The notes below the pieces were generated by a model. That model had not been told where the DNA came from, made no database searches, and worked only from the letters and a program-made list of their open reading frames with translations. A DNA stretch of 64,000 nucleotides from an uncultured Clostridium sp. (GTDB lineage: Bacteria > Bacillota > Clostridia > TANB77 > CAG-508), in the NCBI GenBank assembly GCA_902462295.1, contig CABQAZ010000001.1:12215-76214 (forward strand), read 5' to 3'. A program made the position numbers and the translations under genes. Within the stretch, counting starts at the first letter, position 1, and each line of letters opens with the position of its first letter. Below are positions 18,301 to 28,187 of the stretch, piece by piece.

Positions 18301-20206
18301 ATCACCAGAAAAATGTCCACCACATATCCCAGGATGTGAAGAAGACATCAAAAATATAGCATATAAAAAAGCACATGAACTATATGGTGATCCATTGCCA
18401 GAGATTGTTCAAACTAGATTAGACAAAGAACTAAATTCAATAATTAGTAATGGATATTCAGTAATGTATATTATAGCACAAAAATTAGTATGGAAATCAA
18501 ATGAAGATGGATATATTGTAGGCTCAAGAGGTTCTGTAGGTTCATCACTTGTGGCATTTATGACAGGTATAACAGAAGTAAATTCATTAAAACCACACTA
18601 TAGATGTCCTAATTGCAAATATTCAGAATTCGAAGATTATGGAGTTGGAAATGGATTTGATTTACCAGACAAAGATTGTCCTAAATGTGGTACAAAAATG
18701 GCAAAAGATGGAATGGACATACCATTTGAAACATTCTTAGGATTTAATGGAGATAAAGAGCCTGATATAGATTTAAACTTCTCTGGAGAGTATCAAGCAA
18801 AAGCACATAAATACACAGAAGTAATATTTGGAAAAGGGACATGTTTTAAAGCAGGAACTGTAGGTACAGTTGCAGAGAAAACCGCATTTGGGTATGTTAA
18901 AAAATATTTTGAAGAAAGAAACATACCAGTAAATAAGGCGGAAATAGCAAGACTTTCAGTAGGATGTACAGGAATAAAAAGAACTACAGGACAACATCCA
19001 GGAGGAATTATAGTAGTACCAAAAGGAAGAGAAATATATGAATTTACGCCAGTACAACATCCAGCAGATGATCCTAATTCTGATATTATAACAACACATT
19101 TTGATTATCACTCAATAGATGGAAACTTGCTAAAACTAGACATACTAGGACACGACGATCCGACGGTAATTCGTATGTTACAAGATATTACAGGAATAGC
19201 ACCAACAGAAATACCGTTAGATGATAAAGAAACAATGTCAATATTTAACTCAACAAAAGCACTAGGAGTAACACCAGAGCAAATCCATTCAGAAGTAGGA
19301 ACATTTGGAATACCGGAATATGGAACTAAATTTGCAAGAGGGATGCTTTTGGATACACATCCAACAACATTTGATGAGCTAATACGTTTGTCAGGATTGT
19401 CACATGGTACAGATGTATGGCTAGGAAATGCACAAACATTAATAGAGCAAGGAATTGTAACACTACAACAAGCAATCTGTTGTAGAGATGATATAATGAT
19501 ATACTTAATTCAAAAAGGATTACCACCAGACAAGGCATTCAAGATAATGGAATCAGTACGTAAAGGAAAGGTAGCAAAAGGAAAAGAGTCAAAGTGGAAA
19601 GATGAATACATACCACTAATGAAAGAACACAATGTACCAGATTGGTATATAAAATCATGTGAAAAAATTAAGTACATGTTCCCGAAAGCTCATGCTGCAG
19701 CATATGTAACAAATGCTTTCAGAATAGCATGGTTTAAAGTACATATTCCATTAGCATATTATGCTGCATATTATTCAATTAGGGCAAAGGCATTTGACGC
19801 AGAAGTAATGATAAATGGAAAAGAAAAAGTAAAGAACAAAATGAAAGAAATAGATATGATGGGAAATAATGCAACGCCAAAAGATAAAGATATGTATGAT
19901 GATTTAGAAATAGTACTAGAGATGTATGAAAGAGGATTAAGATTTTTACCAATAGATTTATATAAATCACATGCAACTAAATTCCAAGTAGAGGGTGACA
20001 GCTTACGTCCACCACTAAACAGCATAGCAGGACTTGGAAATGTTGCTGCTGAAAGCATTATGAGAGCACGTGCAGATGAAAAATTTATGTCAATAGACGA
20101 TATGAAAATACGTGCTAAAATAGGAGATTCAGTTACAGAATTATTAAAACAATTTGGCTGTCTTGAGGGGATGAGCCAAAGTAATCAGTTAAGTTTATTT
20201 GGATAA
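15338..20206 (+). CDS. polC: DNA polymerase III PolC-type (Gram-positive replicative polymerase)
   Basis: About 1620 aa with OB domains, a PHP domain, the DnaQ-like exonuclease motif VLDLETTGF and the polymerase core. The likely start is MAEKK at 15338 (RBS GAAGGTG). Confidence 0.95.
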   Translation: MAEKKANNIEEQKETKKKRKIGEVFSDYKTNSNIADAEIIKINLIKKLNTIEIEAYSKEYIEIKEIWYFEKFLRERFQFGQVHMIIQYNEGVRKKSIEEEWENLICYMAHKYPLMRPLLLLKSKIDVKEKEINIYMKIKGAEFLKARKLDRELENVIYNLFQKKYIVNIEERITEQEVKSFQEKTKEIEEQAVHEAMRGIAIRKHQEEQYNKSETLNNMPVDIPPIPEGPYNDADYVAPVDDSGYIPEMDGYAPEIEELPQAENIIFGKASRAKEKKLKIKEIDANSGRITLEGRIVNSECRETKTGKGMLIFEIYDGTGIITCKSFAEDGAKGNEILEKMKSAKAIKTTGKAGLDAYAGDITVMANIIAEISDDGLPPIPEEDDSSPLILGSAPIIKEPLVKITDLNPESGSVCIDGEIQAMEDKETKSGKVILSIDIYDGTSTMTCKAFLPGNNAKKIIKRLKSAPAIKLAGKAQMDTFSNELTVMANTIIVSEPKPKTVRMDNAEVKRVELHMHTKMSAMDAMTSATDLIKRAMKWGMKSIAITDHGVVQAFPEAYHLLGRDNQDMKVIYGVEAYLAPDKENSVTNAKGQPLDTTYCVLDLETTGFSAVTEKITEVGIMKVKNGEVIDEFSCFVNPEKPIPQRVVDVTHITDDMVKDAETIDKVFPKVLEFLGDSIIVAHNAKFDVGFLKQNAKILGYEFDYTVIDTLTLAKDVFPNMKKYKLGKIADELGIKVEVAHRALDDVDTTVKVFNVMLDKLRDRGVTKVEEIDTIGRDENAKKEEYKKLNTYHAIILAKNYIGLRNLYKLVSLSHLHYFYKRPRILKSLYKKYSEGLILGSACEAGELYQAIELGKSDEEIENIARDYDYLEIQPIGNNDFLVRNGVVPDREYLKDINRKIVALGEKLNKLVVATCDVHFMDPQDEIYRRILEAGQGYKDADEQAPLYLRTTEEMLKEFEYLGEEKAYEVVVTNTNKVADMCDRIDPISPEKCPPHIPGCEEDIKNIAYKKAHELYGDPLPEIVQTRLDKELNSIISNGYSVMYIIAQKLVWKSNEDGYIVGSRGSVGSSLVAFMTGITEVNSLKPHYRCPNCKYSEFEDYGVGNGFDLPDKDCPKCGTKMAKDGMDIPFETFLGFNGDKEPDIDLNFSGEYQAKAHKYTEVIFGKGTCFKAGTVGTVAEKTAFGYVKKYFEERNIPVNKAEIARLSVGCTGIKRTTGQHPGGIIVVPKGREIYEFTPVQHPADDPNSDIITTHFDYHSIDGNLLKLDILGHDDPTVIRMLQDITGIAPTEIPLDDKETMSIFNSTKALGVTPEQIHSEVGTFGIPEYGTKFARGMLLDTHPTTFDELIRLSGLSHGTDVWLGNAQTLIEQGIVTLQQAICCRDDIMIYLIQKGLPPDKAFKIMESVRKGKVAKGKESKWKDEYIPLMKEHNVPDWYIKSCEKIKYMFPKAHAAAYVTNAFRIAWFKVHIPLAYYAAYYSIRAKAFDAEVMINGKEKVKNKMKEIDMMGNNATPKDKDMYDDLEIVLEMYERGLRFLPIDLYKSHATKFQVEGDSLRPPLNSIAGLGNVAAESIMRARADEKFMSIDDMKIRAKIGDSVTELLKQFGCLEGMSQSNQLSLFG

Positions 20207-20243
20207 AAAATACTTGTGATTTTATTAAAAGAAAGGAAAAAAT

Positions 20244-20546
20244 ATGTTAGAAAATAATATACAAATAGGAAATATATTTTCATTAAGAAATATAATAATT
20301 TACTTAATTATTATAAACTTAATTGGATTCTATATGATGTGGTCAGATAAAAGAAAGGCTAAGTGGGGAAAGTGGAGAATTCCAGAACAAACACTGTTTT
20401 TGGTTACAGCACTCGGAGGAGGTATTGGAACTATTGCAGGCATGTATACATTTAGACATAAAACAAAAAAGTTGAAATTTACAATAGGATTACCTACAAT
20501 TTTAATATTAGAAATTATTTTAGTTTTATGTTTAAAATTTTTTTAA
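20244..20546 (+). CDS. DUF1294 membrane protein
   Basis: WRIPEQTLFLVTALGGGIGTIAGMYTFRHKTKK is the DUF1294 signature. Confidence 0.7.
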   Translation: MLENNIQIGNIFSLRNIIIYLIIINLIGFYMMWSDKRKAKWGKWRIPEQTLFLVTALGGGIGTIAGMYTFRHKTKKLKFTIGLPTILILEIILVLCLKFF

Positions 20547-20611
20547 AACGAGTTACATAAATAAATAAAAAAAATACAAATAAATGTAAAAAAAAATTAT
20601 CAACAGTTGAA

Positions 20612-20678
20612 TGTGAATAATGTGTAAAAAAAATGTGACTATTTAAAGTTATTCACAGACTTATCCACATTATCCACA
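20612..20678. promoter_or_regulatory. DnaA-box cluster: two perfect tandem TTATCCACA boxes plus three near-consensus boxes
   Basis: TTATCCACA at 20661..20669 and 20670..20678. ttattcaca at 20649, and tgtgaataa / tgtgtaaaa at 20612..20629. Confidence 0.55.
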
Positions 20679-20832
20679 ATCTACAAAAAAACTCGAAAAC
20701 GAAAAAAGGTAAACTAAATAGAATACATAATATAATACAAACCGAATGCTTATTCTAAAATAAAAAAAAACTTGCATAAAAGTAAATAAAATTATATAAT
20801 AAGCATGAAAAAGAAGATAGGTGAAGTATATT

Positions 20833-21402
20833 ATGAATAAAACCAAAAGAAAAATATTTGAAACATCAATGAAATTATTTGCTGAAAAGGGATATGATGC
20901 AACAAGTATAGAAGAAATAACTGCAACAGTTGGAGTTGCAAAAGGAACATTATATTATCATTTTTCAAGTAAAGAAGAAATATTTAATTTTTTAATAGAA
21001 GAAGGAATAAAATTATTACAAAACAGTATTGATATAAAAACAGCAAAACACAATAATTATATAGATAAAATAAAAGCTATAATATTAATACAAATAAAAA
21101 TAGTAGCAAAATATGAAGATATAATAACAATAATATTAAGTCAATTTTGGGGAAATGAAACAAGAAATAAGAAATGCCAAGAACATGTATATGATTATAT
21201 TGGACAAATAGAGCAAATAGTTCAAGAGGGAATAGAAAAAGGAGAAATAAAAAGAGGAGATACAAGAGCGATTGCTTCAGAAATATATGGTTTAATTTGT
21301 TCAACTTTAGTATATAAAAAGAGAGAAAAAGAACAGATGGATATTATGAAACTATATCATGAATATGAAAATACTGTAGTTAATGGACTAAGAATAAAGT
21401 AA
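20833..21402 (+). CDS. TetR/AcrR-family transcriptional regulator
   Basis: N-terminal HTH FAEKGYDATSIEEITATVGVAKGTLYYHF. A TTGCAT-17-TATAAT promoter lies upstream. Confidence 0.8.
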   Translation: MNKTKRKIFETSMKLFAEKGYDATSIEEITATVGVAKGTLYYHFSSKEEIFNFLIEEGIKLLQNSIDIKTAKHNNYIDKIKAIILIQIKIVAKYEDIITIILSQFWGNETRNKKCQEHVYDYIGQIEQIVQEGIEKGEIKRGDTRAIASEIYGLICSTLVYKKREKEQMDIMKLYHEYENTVVNGLRIK

Positions 21403-21426
21403 TAAATGAAAGGAACGATACTAAAA

Positions 21427-23145
21427 ATGGAAACAAAATCAAGAAGTTTAAAATTCACAGATTTAAAAGATATGTTAAAACAAACAGGAGAATTATATGG
21501 TGATAGGCCAGCATATGTTTTTAAAACAGGAAAATCAGAAGAATTCAAAACAATAACTCATAAAGAATTTAGAGATGAAATAAATGCACTAGGAACAACA
21601 TTAATAAAAATGGGTTTAAAAGACAAAAGAATAGCAGTAATTTCAGAAAATAGATATGAATGGGAATTAGCATATTTATCAATTTCCGCAGGAGCAGGAG
21701 TTGTAGTTCCTTTAGATAAAGCCTTACCTGAAAATGAAATAGAAAACTTAATATTGCGTTCACAAACAGAAGCAATATTTTATTCAAAGAAATATGATGA
21801 AATAATGAATAAATTAAGAGAAAAGAAAAATACAAATTTAAAATATTTCATATCAATGGATTTAGAAGAAAACGATAATGGAATATATTCTCAAAAACTA
21901 TTAGTAGAAAAAGGAAAAAAACTAATAGAAGATGGTGATAAAAGTTATATAAACGCAGAAATAAATGCAGACGACATGGGAATAATGTTATTTACATCTG
22001 GAACAACAGCAATGTCAAAAGCAGTAATGTTATCACATAAAAATATAGTAACAAATGTTATGGATATAATACAAAGATTTGACTTAACATATGAAGATAG
22101 ATTTTTATCATTTTTGCCATTACACCACGTATTTGAATGTACAGTTGGATTTTTATATCCTATATCAATAGGAGGTTCTATTGCATTTTGCGAGGGAGTA
22201 AAACATATGGCAGATAATATCAAAGAATTTGATATTACTGCAATGATATCAGTACCAGCTGTATTTGATATAATATATAGAAAAGTAATGAAAGCAATAG
22301 AAAAGAAAGGAAAATTACAAAATCTAGAAAAAGGAAAGAAAATCTCACAATTATTATTAAAAGTAAAAATAGATTTAAGAAAACAATTATTTAAAGAAGT
22401 ACATGAAAGTTTAGGACCAAAATTAAAATTAGTTGTAACAGGTGGTGCAGCATTAGATCCAGAAACAGAAAAAGGATTTAATGACTTAGGTTTTGATGTT
22501 GAACAAGGATATGGATTAACAGAAACAGCTCCAGTAATTGCAGCAGAAACACCAAAATGCAGAAGATTAGGTTCAATAGGAAAGAAATTTCCAAGTGTAG
22601 AAGTAAAAATAGATAATCCAGATGAAGAGGGAATAGGAGAATTATTAGCTAAGGGACCATCAATAATGTTAGGATATTATCAAAATGAAGAAGCAACAAA
22701 AGAGGCATTAGACAAAGATGGGTGGTTCCATACAGGAGATTTAGCGAAAATAGACAAAGATGGTTTCATATATATTTCAGGAAGAAAGAAAAGTGTAATT
22801 GTATTAAATAATGGTAAGAATGTTTTTCCAGAAGAAATTGAAACATTATTAAATAAAGTAGAAGGAATAAAAGAATCATTTGTATACGAGAAAAAAGAAG
22901 AAGATGGAGATGTAAAAGTTTGTGTAAAGATTGTTTATGATAAAGGACTAATAAAAGAACTTTACAATATAGAGGGAGAAGAAAATATAAAAGAATTCTT
23001 GTGGGAAAAAGTAAAAGGTGTTAATAAAATAATGCCAAAATATAAATATGTAAGAGAAATGATTATTACTGAAGAAGAATTAATAAAAACAACAACTTTA
23101 AAAATTAAAAGACATGAAGAGATGAAAAAGATACTAGGAAAATAA
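21427..23145 (+). CDS. Long-chain fatty-acid--CoA ligase (AMP-binding enzyme)
   Basis: AMP-binding motif MLFTSGTTAMSKAVMLSH. YGLTET and GWFHTGD motifs. Confidence 0.8.
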   Translation: METKSRSLKFTDLKDMLKQTGELYGDRPAYVFKTGKSEEFKTITHKEFRDEINALGTTLIKMGLKDKRIAVISENRYEWELAYLSISAGAGVVVPLDKALPENEIENLILRSQTEAIFYSKKYDEIMNKLREKKNTNLKYFISMDLEENDNGIYSQKLLVEKGKKLIEDGDKSYINAEINADDMGIMLFTSGTTAMSKAVMLSHKNIVTNVMDIIQRFDLTYEDRFLSFLPLHHVFECTVGFLYPISIGGSIAFCEGVKHMADNIKEFDITAMISVPAVFDIIYRKVMKAIEKKGKLQNLEKGKKISQLLLKVKIDLRKQLFKEVHESLGPKLKLVVTGGAALDPETEKGFNDLGFDVEQGYGLTETAPVIAAETPKCRRLGSIGKKFPSVEVKIDNPDEEGIGELLAKGPSIMLGYYQNEEATKEALDKDGWFHTGDLAKIDKDGFIYISGRKKSVIVLNNGKNVFPEEIETLLNKVEGIKESFVYEKKEEDGDVKVCVKIVYDKGLIKELYNIEGEENIKEFLWEKVKGVNKIMPKYKYVREMIITEEELIKTTTLKIKRHEEMKKILGK

Positions 23146-23147
23146 AA

Positions 23148-23188
23148 AAAACCGACACTAACATTTAATATAAATAGTGTCGGTTTTT
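23148..23188 (+). terminator. Rho-independent terminator
   Basis: aaaaccgacacta...tagtgtcggttttt. Confidence 0.65.
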
Positions 23189-23191
23189 CAA

Positions 23192-23231
23192 ATATTACAT
23201 TTTTGTTACAAATGTAACAAAAATGTAATAT
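23192..23231. repeat. Perfect 19-2-19 palindrome (40 bp), candidate operator or cruciform
   Basis: atattacatttttgttaca aa tgtaacaaaaatgtaatat. The two arms are exact reverse complements. Confidence 0.7.
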
Positions 23232-23326
23232 AAAAACAAGCTTAAAAGTCTTGAGCTTTTAAATAAGCTGGTGTATAATAAAATAGAATTTAATTATTTG
23301 ACTACAGAGGAAAAGGAGGAATTTGC

Positions 23327-24256
23327 ATGTCTAGGAGATCAGGCATAGTAAATGTGAGAATGGTTATCACAGAAGAAAAAATATTATCAAATATAGATAA
23401 AGTTCAGAAATTAATAAATCCGAAAAGTAAGAAACAAATAGTTCAATTAGAAGATGACACATATTTTAAAGACTTAATTGAATCTATAAAAACTTATTTA
23501 GTAGAATATCCTAAAAAGAAAAATTTTCCTGCAAGTGTATATAAAGCAGCATATGGATTAGTAGAATATGCAACAACTGAATTTGAAGAAAATACAAAAA
23601 AAGTCGAAGAATTAATTAGACAAAGAGAAGAAAATATAGCTTTAGCAGGTACATTAAAAGAACTTATAGAAGCTGTTCAAAATAAAGAACCAAATTGGAA
23701 GAATAAACTTCAAGAAAATAGTAGTTTATTTTCAGAAGAAGTAATAGAAACATTAAGATTAGTAGGAAAAGATAGAAGTAGAAAAAGTCAAAATTATCAA
23801 GATGCATTAAAATTATTAAATGCAAGAGTTAATAATTTAGAAACAAATTTACATATAGAAATAGATTTAGAAAGAACAGAAGATAAATCAAAAGCTTTAA
23901 GTTTTATAGGAATTGAGATTGCAGAGGCATTAAAAGAAATATCAAGACCTATGAACTTAATAGTAGAAGAAACAACAGAAGAAGAAGTTCAAACAGTAGA
24001 AGAATTACAATTAGAAGATGTAAATTTGGTACCAGAAAAAACTATTTCACAAGTTGTTAAAATAGAAACAGATGAAGAAATAAAAGAAAAACAAGAATTA
24101 CAAGAATATCAAGAATCTGTTACATTCGAAAAGAAACCATCTTTATGGCAAAAAATTAAAAATAGTAAATTGGGAAGAGCAGTTTCTTATGTTCTTAAAA
24201 TTAGAATTAGAATTGAATTGCCAGATGCTTTACCAGAGGGTAGAGGAGAAGAATAA
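23327..24256 (+). CDS. Hypothetical charged / coiled-coil protein (309 aa)
   Basis: ORF with RBS AGGAGG. E/K-rich. No family recognised. Confidence 0.5.
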   Translation: MSRRSGIVNVRMVITEEKILSNIDKVQKLINPKSKKQIVQLEDDTYFKDLIESIKTYLVEYPKKKNFPASVYKAAYGLVEYATTEFEENTKKVEELIRQREENIALAGTLKELIEAVQNKEPNWKNKLQENSSLFSEEVIETLRLVGKDRSRKSQNYQDALKLLNARVNNLETNLHIEIDLERTEDKSKALSFIGIEIAEALKEISRPMNLIVEETTEEEVQTVEELQLEDVNLVPEKTISQVVKIETDEEIKEKQELQEYQESVTFEKKPSLWQKIKNSKLGRAVSYVLKIRIRIELPDALPEGRGEE

Positions 24257-24341
24257 GTATAAAAGATAGTGTCATAGTTATCCAGATACTATCTTTTTGG
24301 TATAAAAAAGAACAAAGTTTAAGAAATTATTGAAAAAACCT

Positions 24342-24370
24342 TGACAAATTATAAAAATCATATTAAAATA
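24342..24370 (+). promoter_or_regulatory. Sigma-A-type promoter for the tRNA genes
   Basis: TTGACA - 17 nt - TAAAAT, about 30 nt upstream of tRNA-His. Confidence 0.5.
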
Positions 24371-24400
24371 TGTAATGTGCTCACAAATGAGCTACAAGAT

Positions 24401-24478
24401 GGTGGATGTAGCGTAGTTGGTTAACGCGCCAGTTTGTGGCACTGGAGACCGTGGGTTCGAGTCCCATCTTCCACCCCA
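24401..24478 (+). tRNA. tRNA-His (GTG), with G-1
   Basis: Cloverleaf with anticodon loop ttGTGgc. An extra 5' G pairs with discriminator C. Encoded CCA. Confidence 0.85.
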
Positions 24479-24499
24479 TATTTTTAATATTATAAACAT

Positions 24500-24574
24500 T
24501 GGGCTGTAGCCAAGCGGTAAGGCACCAGACTTTGACTCTGGCATGCGCTAGTTCGAATCTAGCCAGCCCAACCA
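24500..24574 (+). tRNA. tRNA-Gln (TTG)
   Basis: TGGGCTGTAGCCAAGCGGTAAGGC... with anticodon loop cuTTGac. Closely resembles Bacillus tRNA-Gln. Confidence 0.85.
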
Positions 24575-24702
24575 AAACTAAAAACTCTGAAATACTGATG
24601 AATCAGTACTTTACAGAGTTTTTTATTTTACTACAAAACAGTCTATTGCAAAAATTTCCAAAATTTGATAATATATAATAACAAGAAAGAGAGGTGGCAT
24701 TA

Positions 24703-25953
24703 ATGCCAAAAGTAATAGTAATAGGTGGAGGACCAGCAGGAATGATGGCTGCAATAACAGCAAAAGAAAAAGGAAATGATGTAACAATAATAGAAAAAAT
24801 GCCATTATTAGGAAAGAAATTATTAATAACAGGAAAAGGAAGATGTAATATAACAAGTTCATTATACATGAGTGAATTTATAAAAAATACACCTGGAAAC
24901 GGAAAATTTTTATATAGTGCATTTCAGAATTATACAAACACAGATATAATAGAATTTTTAAAAAGACAAGGATTAGAAGTAAAAGAAGAAAGAGGAAATA
25001 GAATATTTCCAGTTACTGATAAATCCATAGATGTATTAAACTGTTTTAAAAAAAGAATACATGAATTAAAAATCGAATGTAAATTAAACACGAGAGTTGA
25101 GAAGATTTTGATAAAAAACAATGAAGTACTTGCAATAAGAACAGATAAAGAAATAATCCAAACAGATAAAATAATATTAGCAACAGGAGGAAAAAGTTAT
25201 CCATTAACTGGTTCTACAGGAGATGGATATAAAATTGCAAAAAATATAGGACATACTATAGTACCAATAAAACCATCATTAGTTCCATTAGAAGTATATG
25301 AAAAAGAAGAATGTAAAAAATTACAGGGATTAAGTTTAAGAAATGTTGGAATAAAAATAATAGACATAGATAGAAAAAAAGTAATATATGAAGATTTTGG
25401 AGAAATGATATTTACGCATTTTGGAATATCAGGACCAACGATTCTAAGTGGATCAGCACATTTAGTAAAATATAAAGATATAGACTATCTATTAAGAAAT
25501 AAATATATAAATATAAATATAGATTTAAAGCCAGCACTTAATGAAGAACAACTAGATGATAGAATATTAAGAGATTTTAAAGAATTCAAAAACAAGCAAT
25601 TCAAACATAGTTTAAATAAGCTATTACCACAAAAAATGATACCAATAATAATACAGTTATCAAAAATAGATGAAAATAAAAAGGTAAATGAGGTTACAAA
25701 AGAAGAAAGAAGAAATTTAGTAAAAATATTAAAGAATTTTACAATAACAATAAAAAATTTTAGACCTGTAGAAGAAGCAATAATAACATGCGGAGGAATT
25801 AATACAAAAGAAATTAATCCTAAAACTATGGAATCAAAAATTATAAAGGGATTATATTTTGCAGGAGAAATTATTGATGTAGATAGTTATACTGGTGGAT
25901 TTAATTTACAAATAGCATATTCTACAGGATATACTGCAGGTATAAGTGTGTAG
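24703..25953 (+). CDS. NAD(P)/FAD-dependent oxidoreductase, HI0933/YhiN (BaiN-like) family
   Basis: N-terminal Rossmann motif VIVIGGGPAGMMAA. Family-typical length. Confidence 0.8.
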   Translation: MPKVIVIGGGPAGMMAAITAKEKGNDVTIIEKMPLLGKKLLITGKGRCNITSSLYMSEFIKNTPGNGKFLYSAFQNYTNTDIIEFLKRQGLEVKEERGNRIFPVTDKSIDVLNCFKKRIHELKIECKLNTRVEKILIKNNEVLAIRTDKEIIQTDKIILATGGKSYPLTGSTGDGYKIAKNIGHTIVPIKPSLVPLEVYEKEECKKLQGLSLRNVGIKIIDIDRKKVIYEDFGEMIFTHFGISGPTILSGSAHLVKYKDIDYLLRNKYININIDLKPALNEEQLDDRILRDFKEFKNKQFKHSLNKLLPQKMIPIIIQLSKIDENKKVNEVTKEERRNLVKILKNFTITIKNFRPVEEAIITCGGINTKEINPKTMESKIIKGLYFAGEIIDVDSYTGGFNLQIAYSTGYTAGISV

Positions 25954-26019
25954 AAGTATGGTATAATATTAAGTTAAAACAGAAAATTTTCTGTTTTAAA
26001 ATAGGGAGTGAATTAAAAA

Positions 26020-26664
26020 ATGAGTGAATTTACAACAATATTAAAAGATGAAAATGCAGAAATAGTAGAAAAAAAATCAAAATTTATTGCTAATATTAGT
26101 TATGTTGAAAACATAAGAGAAGCGGAGGAAAAAATAAAAGAGACAAAAAAAAGATATTATGATGCAAAACATAATTGTATAGCATATAGATTAATTGAAA
26201 ATGGAATGATAGTAGAAAAATCAAGTGATGATGGAGAACCATCTGGAACTGCAGGAGGACCAATGTTAAATATTTTGCAAAAAAATGATTTATGTAACAT
26301 AATAGTTATTGTTACAAGATATTTTGGTGGAATATTACTTGGAACAGGAGGATTGGTCAGAGCTTATTCAGAAGCAACTCAAAAGGTCATAGAAAAAAGT
26401 ATAAAAATTTTAAAAGTTGAGGGGATAGAGGGAGAAGTAAAAGTAGATTATACAAATTTGGAAAACTTTAAATATTATTGTAAGAAAAATGAAATAAATA
26501 TAGTTAAAATAGATTATTATGAAAATGTAGTTATTATAATTGAGTTGGAAAAAAAAAGAAAAAAAATATTTTTAGAAGATATAGAAACAAAAAAATTGAA
26601 CATAGAGTATTTTCAACTTATTAGAGAAAAATATATAAATAAAGCTGTAGAAAAAAATAAATAA
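26020..26664 (+). CDS. YigZ / IMPACT-family protein
   Basis: GEPSGTAGGPML and RYFGGILLGTGGLVRAYS motifs. Confidence 0.75.
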   Translation: MSEFTTILKDENAEIVEKKSKFIANISYVENIREAEEKIKETKKRYYDAKHNCIAYRLIENGMIVEKSSDDGEPSGTAGGPMLNILQKNDLCNIIVIVTRYFGGILLGTGGLVRAYSEATQKVIEKSIKILKVEGIEGEVKVDYTNLENFKYYCKKNEINIVKIDYYENVVIIIELEKKRKKIFLEDIETKKLNIEYFQLIREKYINKAVEKNK

Positions 26665-26765
26665 AATGGGAAAAATTTCCAAAAAACTATTGCAAAATAA
26701 AATCTTAAGTATTATAATCAAAAATGTAAATATTTTACAGTAGAAAAATTTGGGGAGGAATAAAC

Positions 26766-27590
26766 ATGAAAGAAAAAATCACAGTTTTAATTGCAGATGA
26801 CAATCAAGAATTTAGCATGACATTAGCTACATATTTAAAAAATCAAGATGATATGATGGTAATAGGAAGGGCTAAAGATGGAAATGAAGCTTTAGACATG
26901 ATACCTAATTTAATGCCAGATGTAGTATTATTAGATGTAATAATGCCACATTTAGATGGAATAGGAGTTTTAGAAAAGTTAAATATGATAAAAATGAATA
27001 AAAAACCAATCTGCATAATGTTATCAGCAGTAGGTCAAGACAAAATTACAAGAAGAGCGGTAGAATTAGGAGCTGAATATTATGTTGTAAAACCATTTGA
27101 TATTGAGCTTTTAATAACAAGAATAAGAGAATTAAAAAATTATAAACCAACACAAAATAATAACTTTATTTCAAGAGAATCTACAATACCAAAACAACAA
27201 TATATTGAAATTTCAAATGGACAAGAGAAAAAAGAAGAAAATTTAGAAGCATTAGTTACTAATGTGATTCATGAGGTCGGAGTTCCTGCACATATCAAAG
27301 GTTATCAATATTTAAGAGAAGCCATAATAATGGTAGTAAATGATATAGATGTAATTAACCAGATTACAAAAAGTTTATATCCAAAAATTGCAGATAAATT
27401 TACCACAACACCATCACGTGTAGAACGTGCAATACGCCACGCGATAGAAGTTGCTTGGGGAAGAGGACAACAAGACGTGGTTGAAAATATATTTGGCTAT
27501 ACAATTTCAGCAGCTAAAGGAAAGCCAACTAACAGTGAATTCATCGCAATGATTGCTGATAAGTTACGTTTAGAATTAAAGAGTGCGTAA
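26766..27590 (+). CDS. spo0A: Sporulation master regulator Spo0A
   Basis: Receiver domain VLIADDN...[18 protein letters not shown] and a C-terminal Spo0A effector domain [18 protein letters not shown]. Confidence 0.9.
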   Translation: MKEKITVLIADDNQEFSMTLATYLKNQDDMMVIGRAKDGNEALDMIPNLMPDVVLLDVIMPHLDGIGVLEKLNMIKMNKKPICIMLSAVGQDKITRRAVELGAEYYVVKPFDIELLITRIRELKNYKPTQNNNFISRESTIPKQQYIEISNGQEKKEENLEALVTNVIHEVGVPAHIKGYQYLREAIIMVVNDIDVINQITKSLYPKIADKFTTTPSRVERAIRHAIEVAWGRGQQDVVENIFGYTISAAKGKPTNSEFIAMIADKLRLELKSA

Positions 27591-27698
27591 AAATTGTGTG
27601 CAATCTTAGAGCACCAATGATTATGAAAATAGTAAAATATTTCCATTATATCAACAAATTCGTGAGTTTATGGCATTGAAACAAGGTGGAAATAGGTA

Positions 27699-27775
27699 AA
27701 AAAACCTACAAACTGTTTTGAAAAAAGGCAACTAACTTTTTTATTTATTGGCTATGGTTAAAGGCAGAAATGACC
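27699..27775. repeat. About 75-bp intergenic repeat, copy 1
   Basis: aaaaacctacaaactgttttgaaaaaaggcaactaacttttttatttattggctatggttaaaggcagaaatga. A near-identical copy lies at 28583..28655. Confidence 0.6.
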
Positions 27776-28070
27776 TTTCGTTTATTGAATTTTTATTAAA
27801 TTAAAAATTTGGTAAATGGGAGGTTTTTTTTACTATAAATGAACTTACAAAAAACTAATTAATGAATATTATATTTTAATGATAATATGTGAAAAACGAA
27901 ATAATTGTAAAATTTTACTATGTTCGCTTGTCTTTTAGCAAAAAATGTTATATAGTGTTATACATAGAAAATGAGAATAAGCGGAGTGTGTTGCCACCTT
28001 TAACTCTTTGATGTTTACATACTACTTCCACGACTTCAGGTTGTGAGATTGATATATGGGGGTGGTTAAT

Positions 28071-28187
28071 ATGGTAGAATCAGCATTATTAAGTATTACA
28101 TACCTACTTTTCTTTGGATTAGTAGGAATGGCTATCATAAATGTTGCCTTGTTAATCATCATTTGTATTTTACTACATAGGCAATAA
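28071..28187 (+). CDS. Small hydrophobic peptide (38 aa), type I toxin-like
   Basis: RBS GGGGGTGG lies 7 nt before the ATG. MVESALLSITYLLFFGLVGMAIINVALLIIICILLHRQ is a single TM helix with a basic C-terminus, followed by a hairpin terminator. Confidence 0.3.
   Translation: MVESALLSITYLLFFGLVGMAIINVALLIIICILLHRQ

Noticed and set aside
15924-19538. Several 60 to 134-aa ORFs on the minus strand inside polC (for example 15924..16193, 17679..18083, 19326..19538).
   Set aside because: They are antisense to a well-supported essential gene. Their L/F/I-rich low-complexity translations are what AT-rich antisense frames produce. They have no RBS.
20612-20678. DnaA-box cluster considered as the chromosomal origin oriC.
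   Set aside because: No dnaA or dnaN gene, and no AT-rich DUE adjacent to a dnaA context. It is more likely a secondary DnaA-binding cluster.
24381-24575. 64-aa minus-strand ORF.
   Set aside because: It lies exactly over tRNA-His and tRNA-Gln, so it is a translation artefact of the tRNA genes.
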